Origin: Octopus vulgaris
Taxonomy: Eukaryota
Assembly (NCBI GenBank): GCA_951406725.2
Contig: OX597817.1
Span: 992,001-1,056,000, forward strand
Length of the DNA stretch: 64,000 nucleotides
Reading direction: 5' to 3'
This document shows positions 11,596 to 25,729 of the stretch, piece after piece (position 1 is the first letter of the stretch; each line of letters starts with the position of its first letter). The notes under the pieces were generated by a model. The model made no database searches, was not told where the DNA came from, and saw only the letters and a list, made by a program, of their open reading frames with translations. The position numbers and the translations under genes were made by a program.

Positions 11596-13560
11596 GTTGG
11601 TCATTCTAGTTTTTTAGCTTCATTTAAAAAAAAACTTTTTTGAATGAGAGTTCTAAATTGCAGATTATCACTTAACCTGTGAATCTAGGCTTGAACACAA
11701 GTCCACCTAATGTATCAGGCACGTCATAGATGTAGTGCAAATTCAGTTTTCTTTCAGGATTACCCCACCTTAAGTCTTTCATTAAAAAACCTCACCTCCA
11801 AAGCAACAAAGACTGGACTCTTTACATGTCCCCATCATGGGTGCCTGTTATGTGCCACTAGCATGGCTGCTTTTACATGTCCCCATCATGGGTGCCTGTT
11901 ATGTGCCACAGGCACCAGCCATGAATACAATTTCACATGGCTTAACGAGTCTTCTCAAGCATAGCAAATCACTAAAGGTTTTGATCACTTGTCATCGCCT
12001 CCATGAGGCTTGGCATTTGAAGATTTTGCTTTGCCATCTCATCCCATATCTTCCTGGGTCTTCCTCTCCCACAAGTTCCCTCCATTTCTTTATGCAGCTG
12101 GCCTTACCAGCGCAGTTGTCTCCCCTGCACTGTCATCCTTATTTATATTTACTGTTTACTGGCAATATCAATCTAATTTTATCAATTAATGGTCTTCCAC
12201 ATATTGTATATATAAAGGATAATTTATATAATTTGAAGCATTGGTGTAACCATGATGCTCTGGTGATCTGAAGAGCTAGCCTTCTATATCTGCATTGATG
12301 TGTAATTGTACCGTTGTATTGTGCAATGTGTAGCATGCATATCGGTACAGACATGTAAAATGATTTATTATACATTGAAAATATTATTACATGATGAAGG
12401 CTGCGAAATAGCTTGTGCTCCTATGAATATCAAGTGGTTATTCACCCCTCACACCTCCTGACTTTTTTTGATCTAATTGTGTGTGTGTGTCTTTCTGACC
12501 TCGCTTCCTCCGAGTCTAGATGGCTTTTCGGTGCCTCCTTTGCCGTTCTCAAAAAAAAGCGTTTGTAATATTTTCTCTCGTTTGGCTAAACAGCCTTCCA
12601 TGTCTGTGTTACTGTTATTCTCCTTGTCCTGTCTTTTATTGTTTATATTTTGTACTGTCGTTACTGTCCTGTTTTTGTTACCATTTTTACCCCTCCGCAA
12701 AAAAAATCTCAAATTTTATTTAATTTGCTTTCTGCGGGAAGGAATGTTTCACCAAAGTCGTGTCACGCCTTGACCTTCGAAACGCGGAGTAGATGAAACA
12801 AAGGCGACTGAAGAAGGGGAATTTTCCTTGTTTTGTATGTCCTCTACTCTATTTTTTCGTTGTTTAAGAAAAATGTCCATTTCCTTGGTTTTGTGTTTAT
12901 GTTTTCATTTCTCATTGTGTTCGACGTTTTTGTTGGTGTTCTGTACCCATATATGCATGTATATATAAATGTAGATGTAGGTACGTACATATATGTATGT
13001 ATATATGAATATGTTTTATTTATTAATTTGTTATTATACGACAGAACGCATGCATCCATTTCTAAGCTTAGCACATAAAAACCAGGGAGACAATGTTTAT
13101 GTATGTCTCTTATATTTATATATATGTATATATCATCATCATCATTTAGTGTCCGCTTTCCATGCTAGCATGGGTTGGACGGTTCAACTGGGGTCTGTGA
13201 AGCCAGAGGGCTGCATCAGGCCCAGTCTGATCTAGCAGTGTTTCTACGGCTGGATGCCCTTCCTAACGCCAACCACTCCGTGAGTGTAGTGGGCGCTTTT
13301 TACGTGCCACCTGCACAGGTGCCAGACGGAGCTGGCAAACGACCACGAACGGATGGTGCTTTTATGTGCCACCGGCACGGAGGCCAGTCGGGGCGGCGCT
13401 GGCAACGGCCACGATCGGATGGTTCGCTTAACCACAGCTGCAATTTCCATTGATGTTGATCGACTTCGATTTTGCTTCTGCTTTCTGATATCTGATTTGA
13501 TTTGGTTTGATTTTGATTTTGATTTGATTTTGATTTTCACTTGTCTCAACAGGTCTTATA

Positions 13561-13625
<65 letters not shown>

Positions 13626-13632
13626 GTATATA

Positions 13633-13666
<34 letters not shown>

Positions 13667-13667
13667 C

Positions 13668-13719
<52 letters not shown>

Positions 13720-14263
13720 ATATATATTGGAAGGTTTGGAGATGATGTACAGGTATTATATATTAGAAGAAATGAGGTACTCAGAAGATCGGATGGTTTA
13801 TATTTACAGATATTTATTTATATATTACATTTTTTATATATATATCATATCACTTAGATCATTAGTGCTTTCTCCCATTCTAGTGAGGTTTTCAAATCAA
13901 ACTTACATGGGTTGGACGGTTCAACCCATGTAATATATAAATGTAAATATATATATATATACGTTAAATGGTGATGATGATATACATATATATATATATG
14001 TATATCATCACCATCACCATTTAATGTCTGTTGTCCATGCTGGCATAGGTTGGACGGTTTGACCAGGTCTGGCAAGGCTGGAAGGCTGCACGAGACCCTA
14101 GTCTGATTTGGCATGGTTTCTATGGCCAGATGCCCTTCCTAACACTGTAAGAGTGTAATGGGCACTTTTATGCCACCAGCACAGGTACCATTTGTATATA
14201 TGTATGTATATATGTATATGTATATATGCATGTATATATGTATGTGTATACACACACACACAA

Positions 14264-14309
<46 letters not shown>

Positions 14310-14515
14310 ATTGAGTAGTTGAATGAATTATCTTATTATGGATAATTCGGTTAACCGATACCTGGGTAGCAAATTCATGTCAGAAAAACACGGTTGAAGC
14401 TACATGCCTAGGGCAGAGATCACGTGCTATCGTGTGGAAATTTGTGAGTTTTTTTGAATACAAATAAATGAAAGAATGGAGTTGAACAACGAATTAACAA
14501 AATTCCTTTATTTTA

Positions 14516-14598
14516 TTTTCGACATATGTTTCGAAGGCTGCATATTCCTAATTTTGAAGGAATAAGGGGTACATTATGCCGCCTTCTCATCAGGAAAA
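14516..14598 (-). ncRNA. Minimal type I hammerhead ribozyme (Penelope pLTR type), intact core
   Basis: Minus strand: uuuuc CUGAUGA gaaggc...gccuuc GAAA C-AUAU-G UC^ gaaaa. Confidence 0.75.
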
Positions 14599-14689
14599 GT
14601 AAGGAACTTATGTCAGCATCAAGATGCACAAAAAGTTTTAGATGCCTGCCCACACGGAGCCCATAGCGATGATATGTGTTTCTTTAAAA

Positions 14690-15005
14690 TATTCCATTAT
14701 ATTCCAATGTCCTCTCAATGATTAGCCAGAGATGAATTTTAAAATAAGAATATCTGAAATAAACTCCGCTGCTCTCACAAACGACCACTCTCAAAAATTA
14801 AGTAAGAAAACAGGTAAAATAAAAATAATCCAGAATCCTTGTCCGGTACAAAATCTAATCAGTTTGTGCCAGTCACGAAGCCAAACATCCTTCAAAGTTT
14901 CATCCGAATCTATCCATCCATCAGTTCTTGAGATATCTTGTCCATGGACAAACAAACAAACATGACTGAAAACAATACCTCCACCTTTGCTAAGGTGGAG
15001 GTAAT
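14690..15005. mobile_element. Helentron-associated (HINE-like) non-autonomous element
   Basis: aagtttcatccgaatc...gagatatc...(acaa)n...aaaacaat followed by terminal palindrome tacctccacctt-tgct-aaggtggaggta (14976-15003). Confidence 0.45.
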
Positions 15006-15319
15006 ATGGTACAAAATAAGGTACATAATAATCACACGTACAAACATTCACATACTTCCCATGTACACGCACACACATACATACATATTCTTACACACAG
15101 TTGAAACACTGTTTTTTTTTCACCCCTTCCTTCTTCATTCATCTATCGCCCTTGCCTTTTTCTCATTGCTATTACTTTCTCTCACTCCCTCTCAGTCAGG
15201 GCTATTACTCTCACTACTTCTCCTTCACTGAATCACTATTTTCTTTCTTCCTCTGCCTCCAGTGTGATTCTGGACAAATATATAAAAACACTATGCTTAT
15301 TATTATATTAGGAGATTTC

Positions 15320-17090
15320 CAATTACATACCAAGTAATCATTCTCACTATTACCTGTACAGTTCATTGCTTGCATGTGCACTACATCACCAATATCTTCA
15401 TCACCACTGACATCGGACTCTATAACTACTATGCAATTTACACCAGCAATGCTACAATGCCACCTTAAGAATAAACGCAACTATGCCTCTTGATGGTGTT
15501 ACATACCTACTTCTCAAACGTGGTGGGTATTTTCTTCTAAGCCAACTTTCTCTATTCTTCCAATTCTGTCTTGACAATGGTGTTACTCCAGAGCAGTGGA
15601 AAACTGCCAGTGTTATCCCTCTGTTCAAAAAAGGTGACCGCACATCACCTGTCAACTATCGCCCCATTAGTCTTACTAGCTGCATCGCCAAACTGATGGA
15701 ATCCTGTTTCAGGGAAACCCTCTGGAACTTCTGGAAGTCTCACAGCCTCATCCAGCCGTCACAATTTGGATTTATTCCTAACTCCAGCTGCTGTAATCAA
15801 TTCATCGAGTTTCTTGAGGACGTTACCCAAATCAATGATCGCGGATCCTGAGTGGATGTTGTTTACCTGGACTTTGCTAACGCTTTTAACTCTGTGCCAC
15901 ACAAAAGACTTATGGTAAAGCTCTCTGCGTTGGGCATAAGAGACGAACTCTATAACTGGTTGAAGTCCTTTATTTTCGGCCGAAAAGAAGTTGTCACAGT
16001 TCTAGGACAGCACTCTTCGCCCTATGAGATGACATCTGGTGTACCACAGGGATCTGTTCTTGGCCCCCTTTTATTTGTTGCATATGTTAATGACATAGAT
16101 GCCAACTTAAAGAATGCCACAGTGCTGAAGTATGCAGATGACATCAAGCTGTACTTCGAAATAAAGAGGTCAGATCCTGTACACTATAGATCTTTGTTGC
16201 AAGCAGACCTGGACACAATGCAGTAGTGGATCATGGACTAGCAACTCAAGCTGGCTGTGGACAAATGTACCACCATGCATTCTGGGAGGAGAAACCCAAT
16301 GTCCACCTACTCCCTCCACAACACTAATCTCAAAAAGTCTTCTTGTGACCTGGGCATTATTATCGACAGTGATTTGCGTTGGACAAAACACATCGCTAAA
16401 ATTGTCAAGAAGGCTGAGGGTGTCTTGGCATCACTCACCAAGTCCTTTGTGAGCCACTCTCCAACTATCTATCTGCGGCTTTATATAGCTATGGTAAGAC
16501 TTCACCTGAAATTTGCATCACCGGTCTGGAACCCCTATCTTGCCCAGGATATCAATCGTCTGGAAGCCGTTCAGTGATGTGCAACCAAAAGAATACCCTC
16601 CATCAGGCATTTGCCATATTCTGAATGCCTTACTTCCCTGGGCATGGACACATTGAAACTCCGACATCTGGCAGCTGACTTGGCAGACACCCATAAAATT
16701 ATCAACCATCTTACAAACAATAACTCTGAGCACCTTTTTAAACTCCCCCTATCTAACACCCGTGGACATATTTACAAAGTCAGAAAACAGCACAGCTCCC
16801 ATGACTTTCGGAAGCTTTTTTTCACGCTAAGAGTTGCTGAAGCATGGAACAAACTGCCGGCATCAGTTGTTAGTTGTCGGAGCACTGCATCCTTCAAAAC
16901 TTCCATGCTTCCTGAGATTCGCCAACACTACACCTGATTTTCTCCCTCCATACACACGCAAGCATGTATCTGACTCATACACTGTTCACTTCCCAGACAT
17001 TTGTACATTACTGCATATGCTTTATACGCACTTTTGACAAGTTGTGGTGCACCTGAGCACTGTATACAATAATTTCATTATTATATTGTT
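15320..17090 (+). mobile_element. 5'-truncated CR1/L2-group LINE, RT pseudogene
   Basis: WKTASVIPLFKKG, NYRPISLTS, YLDFANAF, SGVPQGSVLGPLLF, YADD. In-frame stops present; short 3' UTR with (att) end. Confidence 0.9.
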
Positions 17091-17109
17091 AATTTTCATC
17101 TTTATCACA

Positions 17110-18120
17110 GAAAATGAACTCCATCAAATACCATTGGGGAAGACTAGAAGTAGTTGCTAACTTCTCTTACCCAGGTAACCAAGTCAGTAGCAAGGGTGGA
17201 TGCTTTGAGAGTGTAGCAGCTAGAGCAAGAATAGACTGAGCACAGTTTAGGAAACTTCTGCTTCCGTTGATAACAAAGGACCTCTCTCTCAGACTGAAAG
17301 GCAGATTGTATGATGTCTGTGCATGAACAACCATACAACACGGCAGTGAAACATGGGCTGTAACCACTGAGGACATGCAGAGGCTTCTAGGAAATGGAGC
17401 TGTTATGCTTTGCTGCATGTGTAATGTCAGTGTGCATGTACGACAGAGTGTAAGTGTCTTGAGAGAAAAGTTGGGCATAAGAAGCATCAGATGTGGTGTA
17501 CAAGAGAGATGACTGTGCTCGTATGGTCATGTGATGTGTATGGATAAGGACATCAGTGTGAAGAAGGGCTGAACTCTAATGGTGAGGGGAACTTGTGGAA
17601 GTGTTAGACCTAGAAAGATATGGGATGAGGAGGGGGTGAAGCTTGATCGTCAAATGTTGGGCCTCACGGAGGCAATGGCAAGTGACTGAGACCTTTGATG
17701 ATATGCTATGCTTGAGAAAACTTGTCAAGTCAAGTGAAAGCATTTTCATGACTGGCATCAGTGTTGTATAATTGGTACCCATGCTGGTGGTATGTAAAAA
17801 GTACCATTTGAATGTTGGGACTCATGGAGGCAGTGACAGGTGACTGAGCCCTTTAGCAATATGCTGTGCCTTGAGATCATAGTTGTGGCTGGTGCTGGTG
17901 TTACTTAACTGGCACCTGTGCCAGTAGCAAGTAAAAGCTCCCACTACACTCTTGGAGTGGTTGACATTAGGAAGGGCATCCAGCTGTAGAAACCCTGCCA
18001 AATCAAATTGGAACCTGATGCAGCTCCCCAGCCTACCAGTTTTCAGTCAAACCATCCAACCAATGCGAGTATGGAAAATGGACATTAAATGATGACGTTG
18101 AATAATGAAGATGATGATCA
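17110..18120 (+). mobile_element. Degenerate RTE-like LINE 3' fragment
   Basis: LSLRLKGRLYDVC...HGSETW...EDMQRL and GHVM-like motifs, followed by the (GAT)-tailed 3' UTR. Confidence 0.7.
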
Positions 18121-18568
18121 CACTACATTATATAGTTAATCACTATTCATTCTCACCTGGTTGTAATCTCACTCATCCTTCGTGATTGCTAAGTAAATTG
18201 GACATTTATCCAAATGTTGCCCTGCCACCAACCTATGCCTGCTGACTTGACTTTGCTGCCTGTTCCTACAGTTCACACTAAACATTGTCATCTCACCAAA
18301 GCTAACCAATGTAAAACAGATAATTTGATGTTTCACATTCCTGAATTCCATAAAAAAAGCATATCCATTCATCTTTTTGCTGCCAAAGGGCTTTGCACAT
18401 ATTAAAACCAATTGAGTGAATAATCAGATTTGCATAAATCTATTAAATGTAGGCATATGTGTGTGTGTGTGTGTGTGTGTGCTTGATTGTACAAACATGT
18501 TTATATGTACATAAGTGCATGTGAATATGCTTTAAATGTCTATAGAATATGTTATTCTTATTTTAAAG

Positions 18569-18695
18569 ATTGTAAAGTTTCACATTATTCGTGGTATCAA
18601 ATGGCAATTGGTCCAAATTGGAGGAGACTATGATGCCAGGGAGAGAATGCGTTCTATGGCAAGTCAATTTCTTAAAGCCTACAATTTTGATTATG
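18569..18695 (+). CDS. FAS1 gene exon 5
   Basis: ttttaaag| and G|gtaagt. Encodes IVKFHII (FAS1 YH/FH motif)...AYNFDY. Phases 0 and 1 fit both neighbours. Confidence 0.85.
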
Positions 18696-20089
18696 GTAAG
18701 TATATTTTCTGGAGCTTATCTTTAATTGATCTGATCCTTTTTCTTGAGCATGTTTCATGCATTACTCTCTTCTGCATTACTTTTATAAGGTAAGTTCATC
18801 TGGTGTCCTACACAGCAAAATGACCAGGTACTTGCTGAATGTGTTGGCATCTTGTTGTTTTCATACGTGACAGAATATTATGAATAGCTGCAGGACTTCG
18901 AAGTACAACCTAGTGCAGTGTCTAGTCCTTATCCAAGATGGTGAATGCTGTACTTCAGGCTCCTTGCCATACCACCCAGCAGAGGACTTGCATAACTTTT
19001 AGTACCAAAGATTGATGACTTTTCCTTCTTTATTCATTTCTTAAATGTAATTTAACTGGTGCATGGAACCATTACTTATCATCCCCAGATCCTGACTTAG
19101 ATTCGGATTTATAAGTTATAATCTGTTTGTTCTGTATATCTGAGTAGTGATGTACTGGATACCTGAAAGAAAAGTGCTTGAAACTTACCTGCACTGAATT
19201 GCATGTTGTTTCAATTCAGCCTATCCGTATACTGTAGTGAGGGGCTTCAGTAGGTTTTTAATAATATTGGGACCCTTCATTGTTTTTTGAGGATATGTTT
19301 TGAGACGGCTATCACAATCACTAATAGTTTTTTGACCGTTACTTCCCTGATATACTTTGCTTTGAATTTTTAATATTCCTAAGTGAACATCATTCATTGT
19401 AGTAATTTAAGGTTTATCTTTCATGAAGTCAAACTGTGACTTTCCTAGTTTTCCCAATATTACAAGATGATATACCTTGTGTGAAACATCTGCTGGAACA
19501 GGTACTGTGTTAGGTACGAACCTGCTTATGATCATATAACCTACTAGAAAATCTCCCTCACATCACACCCTACTGTCTTACAAACAAAAAGGAGACATTA
19601 AATAATATAGTCACTATACAAAAAGAATAAAAAGGCAAGGTGGTTATAGCTCAAAAACCATTGACCTGTGATCAAAAGTAATTCTGTAAATCACACTTGA
19701 TTTGATTTGCCGTTAAACAGCACCAACAGTCATGTATCACTTAGAAAGTCTGTTTCCCTAAGAAACAGAGACATGTTATCTCTGCTAATTCATTGCATGA
19801 TTTGGTGATATGTCAGAGAGATAGGCCTGTAATTTCTAGCATCTATGCTGCTTCTCCCCTTCTGCTTTGAACATATATTCCTTTTTATTCAATGACACAA
19901 TAGAGTTAGTTGATACTGCACAGAGGAGTGAAGATTGATGTTTGACTTTGAACTGAAAAATAGGGAACTTTTAGTAATGGGCTTTTTATTAACACACACA
20001 TATGCATGCACACATGCACATGCATGCTCACACACACACACACACACACACACAGAGTTACATCATTAACTATTCTGGCTTCTTCCATA

Positions 20090-21200
20090 GATATGATATA
20101 TTGCTTAATATGGATTGGATCCAAAGTGTGTGGATCAATAATCAGACTGGATCTAACACACTGATAATCAAGAGAGTCATTCAAGCAAAAACGATGTCAA
20201 TTTTCAGAAGGAAAATGAGTTGTTTGAAGGGTTTAAAAGATGTCTAAATTTGCACAACATTATGACTGTTGAAGCTGCTTCTACTGATACTGAGACTGCT
20301 ACTAATTATTCTGAAGAGATGATGATGACTACTGAAGAAGGTTACAAAGTAGGACAAGTATACAATACTGGTGGAACTGACTTTACTTCTCTAGAAGTGC
20401 TTGCATGCAACGGCCTTTATTTCTAGTGAAGAAAAATCAGCACCAGGATTTAAAGCTTCCAAAAATTGTCTCTTGCTCCTTGTGAGGATCATGAGATAAT
20501 GCTGCTACTAATATGGAATTAAAGCTCTCACACCTGCTTCACTCCTAAACTACAAGGGCTACATTAAGTTTAATCTACCTGTGATTAAGCATTCAAATAA
20601 AATGGTTTTAGATGACTAAGAGCCTTTCATAAACTGGCTTACAAACTTTTTCACTTTCTGTATAAAAGTGCAGACAGTTTATTAAGGTGGGATTGCTAAC
20701 TTCAAAGAAGAACTTAGAAACAACTCATAAAAGCAATTGATGGATAGAATAAATCTACAGTTGGAGACTGCTGGGAAAAGTCAATTATGGATGCTGTGGA
20801 TGACATAGCAAAGTCATAGGATGGATTAAAACCATAAGCTATGTATGGATTTTGGAAAAACTTCATAAGTAGAAATTGTGCATCAGCACGGTACTGTAAA
20901 ACTGGAAAATTCTGTGGGTTTTGAAGAAATCATAGAAGATGATGTGTTTGATTTGCTAGACTTCAAAAGAGTAAATTCTTCTAAAGAGAAGCTGATGCAG
21001 TTTGAACCAGAGTTAGCTGCCAGGACAAAGAAAGAGGGTATGGAAGCTCTTCTTTATTCTCTTTACAGACAGCAAAGAATATGGTTAAAGGTTTGACACT
21101 TCTGAGAGAATGTCTACAAATCTTTACTGGATATTATCCTAATTTAAACTTAACATAAAGATTACAAGAGATCAAAATGAGTTCAGTTTTTTTACTCCAA
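20090..21200 (+). pseudogene. Tigger/pogo-like transposase remnant
   Basis: CENP-B-type HTH-like VWINNQ...IQAKTMSIF, then GFKRCLNLHN...EAASTD, EEGY..QVYN.G and GFKASK. Heavily degraded. Confidence 0.65.
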
Positions 21201-22047
21201 GGAATGGTGTGCTGTAAACGTGCTAAGAAATGTATAAAGAAATGGTGTGCTGAAAATACCAGATAACTTTAGAGCAGCCCTTTTTATCCCTGAATTATAT
21301 GCTGCTATAGAGGTAGAGAGAAAAATACAGTGGCTCTCCTCTTTCTAGTAACTCTGATTGTGCCATCTTCCATCACACAAGTCATCATCCTTTGTTGTAT
21401 GTCAGGAATTATGGTATTACTGTAGTGGCATTTATTTCCTAATGTCTTTCGCTTCAAACTTTCTTATGTATACATATTGGATGGTGAGTATTTAAAAATT
21501 GTTTGTATATTCAATCGTAGAAATGAGTGTATAACTTGTTAGGCTGCTTATTCTGAAAAGCTGCTTTTTTGTTAAAAGTTTTATAATTTATTTGTATTTT
21601 ATAAAATAATAGAATGAGCTTTATAATTTTTGGTTTGAAATGCAGAATTGTCAGAAGACAGTTAACTTCAATGTGGCCCTCCAACATAAAAGGCTTTCCC
21701 ACTTTTGGTGTAGAGTTTGTTATGTATATTATTATTTATATGTAAGATAAAGAAGGATCACACTTCTGGATCATGGTTTTGTTCAGTCAATCTTTTGGTC
21801 AACTGTGCAAGTCTATGGATCGGTACCAAAAAGCCAGTCAAACAAATAACTTTGATCCAAATACGTAACCCCTATTTAGTTCACACACTAAGTGTTTGTA
21901 GGTGTGTGTGTGTGTGTGTGTGTGCATATGCATACACACACACACACTCCCTACACACACATTTGGGCATATATTTTATTGTGTTAAACATTGTTTCAGT
22001 TTTGTTGCTCTCTTTTCGTTTGATTCGATTTTCTCCTTTCTCCTCAG

Positions 22048-22198
22048 ATCGTTATGTCGATAGTGTTGGTGTTCAAGCGAAGCTTATTAGTACAGACATT
22101 GGTTGCACTAATGGCTTGGTTCAAAAGATTGACCGAATATTTGGCATTCCTGATGTGGATATTCCTGGCCTCATCTTCAATCATCCTTGGCTTCAAGA
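22048..22198 (+). CDS. FAS1 gene exon 6 (H2 of repeat b)
   Basis: tcctcag| and GA|gtaaaa. Encodes DRYVDSVGVQAKLISTDIGCTNGLVQKIDRIFG..., a variant H2 motif. Confidence 0.85.
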
Positions 22199-23222
22199 GT
22201 AAAATATTATTTTTCCTTTCAATTATTTGTATTAATCCCTTAAAGGGATTAACTAATCAATCAATCCCTTCGTTAATGAATTCCTGTCTTCTACCGGATT
22301 CTTTTCTTCTAGATTATCTTTCTTATCTCCCTTGTTTTCCCTTCATTTTTGTTGTTATTATAATCACCACCACCACAACCACTACTGTGTTTTTTCTTAT
22401 ATATTCTCTTGTGTGAATGTCCTTATAACAAAAAAATAAAATAATTAATAAAATAATAAATGAATAATCATTATTGTTTTCATGAAAGATGGCAGAATCA
22501 GTAAAGCAGTAGAGAAAGTGACTTTTTGCATTTAGTTCTACCTTTATATTCTCGGTTCATATCCTGCTAGGGTGAACCTTTGAATTCATTCTTCTGAAGT
22601 TGATAAAATAAGTACTAGTCAATTATTGGGCATTGATACAATCAATTATATCCTTCACCAAAACTTTGGGCATGGAATTCTCTTTCATTGTTATTAGTAG
22701 AGTAAAAATGGTGGAAAGCCAGATAAAATACCATCCAGTTGTTACATACATTACTCAGTGTTCCAAGTTAAATTTTTACTGGGTTTGACTTGAATTTTGA
22801 CTTTCCATCCTCCTTCAGGTTATTGAAAATACATCAATCAAATGATCAAAGGAGGAGATCAAATCAAATAAAAATTCACCAATCAAATAATTTAATTGCT
22901 TGTTGCACCCTAAAATAATTTCTGGCTCTGTATTAATGTTCGAAATCCTTTGTATTTTGTTGTTGTATAGCCCTAGGTCAGCTCAGTACTGATTGAGCAG
23001 ACCATTGATCAAAGGCACTGTCATAGCCGTTCCATCCTTTATTCACTCTCCACCCTAATTCCTCTGTCTCAATACACCTTGTACCTTGAGGACCCGCCTA
23101 GACTTGCAGCTCCTTCTGATTATTCTCATTCTCTTTCTCTTGCCCAAAGATGAGTAACCATGTAGCTTCTCTACAAGAACTTACATGCTCCCTCCCTCCT
23201 CCCCTTCTTTCATGCATTAACC

Positions 23223-23568
23223 CAATAGTTCTCAAACGAGGTTCATATGGCCCATGAAGGTTCATATCAGATTTTGGGAGGGTCCATGCAACAAAATAGT
23301 AAACTGGAGATCTACAATAATATTTTAAGAGACTCTAAAAAGGTTTTGCATTAAATTTATGTATTGGTATTGCAAGGAACAATTAGGTTTCTTTCTCCAG
23401 CATTTTACAAAGTTCAACCTCTGCAAGGTAATGTGTGAAAAGCAAAATAGGGATTTTGAAAGAAGTTTCTAAAAAACTAGTTTTTGAACATTGAATAGCT
23501 ATGGGGGTCCACCAGAATAAAATAGTAATCAAAGGGGCCCATTGATAAAAAATGTTTGAGAAGCCCTG
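23223..23568. mobile_element. hAT-type MITE
   Basis: TIRs caatagttctcaaac / gtttgagaagccctg. Flanks cattaacc / cttgaacc (6/8) fit a decayed 8-bp TSD. Confidence 0.6.
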
Positions 23569-24462
23569 CTTGAACCCCTCATCTTTAACCCACTCGCAGG
23601 ATTTGTAATCTTGGGAGGTTTTGTAATGTTAGGAACCTCACTTGTGCCAGTGGCATGAAAAGACACCCAGTGGTTAGAGCATAGGGCTTAGAATTGGGAA
23701 GTTGTGAGTTCAATTCCCAGACCGGGTTGTGTGTTGTGTTCTTGAGCAAGACTCTTTATTTCACGTTGGTCCAGTTCACTCAGCTGGAGAAATGAATTGC
23801 GACCTCACTGGTGCAAAGCTGTATTGATCTTTGCCTTTCTCCTGGACAGCATCTGTGGAAAGGAGCGGGGAGGCTGGTATGCATGGGCGACTGCTGGTCT
23901 TCCACAAACAACCTTGCTTGGACTTGTGCCCTGGAGGGAAACTTTCTAGTTTCAATTCCATGGTTATTCATGATTGAAGTGGGTGGGGTCTTACCTGCTG
24001 TGAATTTGTTGATGTTAAGAAGGGTATCCAGCTGTAGAAACCATGCCACAGCAGACATTGGAGTATGTTGCAGCTCTTGGATCAATTATATCTAGTTAAA
24101 CCGTTGAACAAATACCAGCATGGAACATGGACAATAAATGTTAAATGATGATAATGATAATGATGACTGTATATAAAATTACTTTATCTAATGTATCACT
24201 TTTGTAAAGCATGATATAATGGCTTTTTTTCATAGCTGGTGGCACGTAAAAAGCACCCACTACACTCTTGGAATGGTTGGCATTAGGAAGGGCATCCAGC
24301 TATAGAAACACTGCCAGATCAGATTAGAGCCTGGTGCAGCCTCCTGGCTCTCTAGACCTCAGTCAAACTGTTCAACCCATTCCAGCATGGAAAACGGACG
24401 TTAAATCGATTATTATTATTATTATTATTATCAGTATTATTATTATTATTATTATTATTATC

Positions 24463-24494
<32 letters not shown>

Positions 24495-24774
24495 CAGTAT
24501 TATTATTATTAAGGCAGTGAGCTGCCAGAATTGTTAGCACCCTGGGCGAAATGCTTAGTGGTATTTCATTTGTCTCTATGTTCTGAGTTCAAATTCTGCT
24601 AATGTCGACTTTTGCCTTTCATCCTTTTGGGGTTGATAAAATAAGTACCAGTTGAGTAATGGGGTCAATGTAATCGATTCACCCACTCCCCCAAAATTGC
24701 TGCCCTTGTGGAAAAATTTGAGACCATTATTATTATTATTATTTTCATACATTTCTATATTTGAGAGATGAGGA

Positions 24775-25490
24775 ATTATGTACATTATTTATATTTGGCA
24801 GAAATTGTCCTCATCTTGTTTGTTGTTAACACAACATTTTGACTGATGTTCTCTCCAGCCTGTATCAGGTGTCTTGGAGAAATTTGGAACCTGGATTCTA
24901 ATTCCTAAGGTATTTTTCCGATGTTGTTGTTGTTATTATTATTATTATTAATGTCACTGCTTGGAATCGAACTTGGAATCTTATGGTTAGTAGCCCGTAC
25001 TCTTAACCACTATGCCATATGCCTGTGGGCTATTATGGAGTGGATTTTAGGGCTTATAAGTCTAATATTTTCCTATCCTTCCTTAAAACCGGTTCCCATA
25101 TGCTGCTCATATCTGCTCTCGGTCTGCTTAGGAGGTTGTTGTGTCCTAGCATATGTGCTGCTTCTTTTAGTTTTCGTATTTTCCAGTGGTGTTCTCTGTC
25201 TATTATTTTAAGGAAGGATAGAAAAATATTAGATTTATAAGCCCTAAAATTCACTCCATAATTGCTCATGGGCTATTAAACCAAGATTCCAAGTTCAATA
25301 CCAGGCAGTGACCTGAATAATAATAATAATAATAATGATAATAATAATATTAACATCAGAAAAATATCTTAGGAATGAGAACACAAGTTTGAAATTCCCC
25401 CAGGGCACTTGGAGAGTACATCACCCGAAACGTTGTGTTAACAACAAACAAGATGAGGACAAATATCTATCAAATGTAAATAATGTAAAT
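24775..25490. mobile_element. Penelope-like 3' fragment with inverted terminal repeats
   Basis: Inverted arms (e.g. ~25031-25087 vs ~25206-25261) around a - strand stretch encoding EHHWKIRKLKEAAHML...SSIWEPVL, resembling a GIY-YIG C-terminus. Decayed CTGA../GAAACG motifs in the arms. Confidence 0.55.
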
Positions 25491-25660
25491 AATAATATTT
25501 TTATTATTATTATTTCAAATTCTGCTGAGGTCAAATTTACCTTTCATCATTTTTCAGGGTTAATAAACTAAGTACCAGTTAAACACTGGGGCAGATGTAA
25601 TCGACTCACCCCACCCCTAAAATTGCTGCCCTTGGGGCAAAATTTGAAACCATTCTTCTT

Positions 25661-25727
<67 letters not shown>

Positions 25728-25729
<2 letters not shown>

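Noticed and set aside
12770-12830. Permuted hammerhead (GAAACGCG ... CUGAAGA)
   Set aside because: Stems I and III cannot be formed convincingly.
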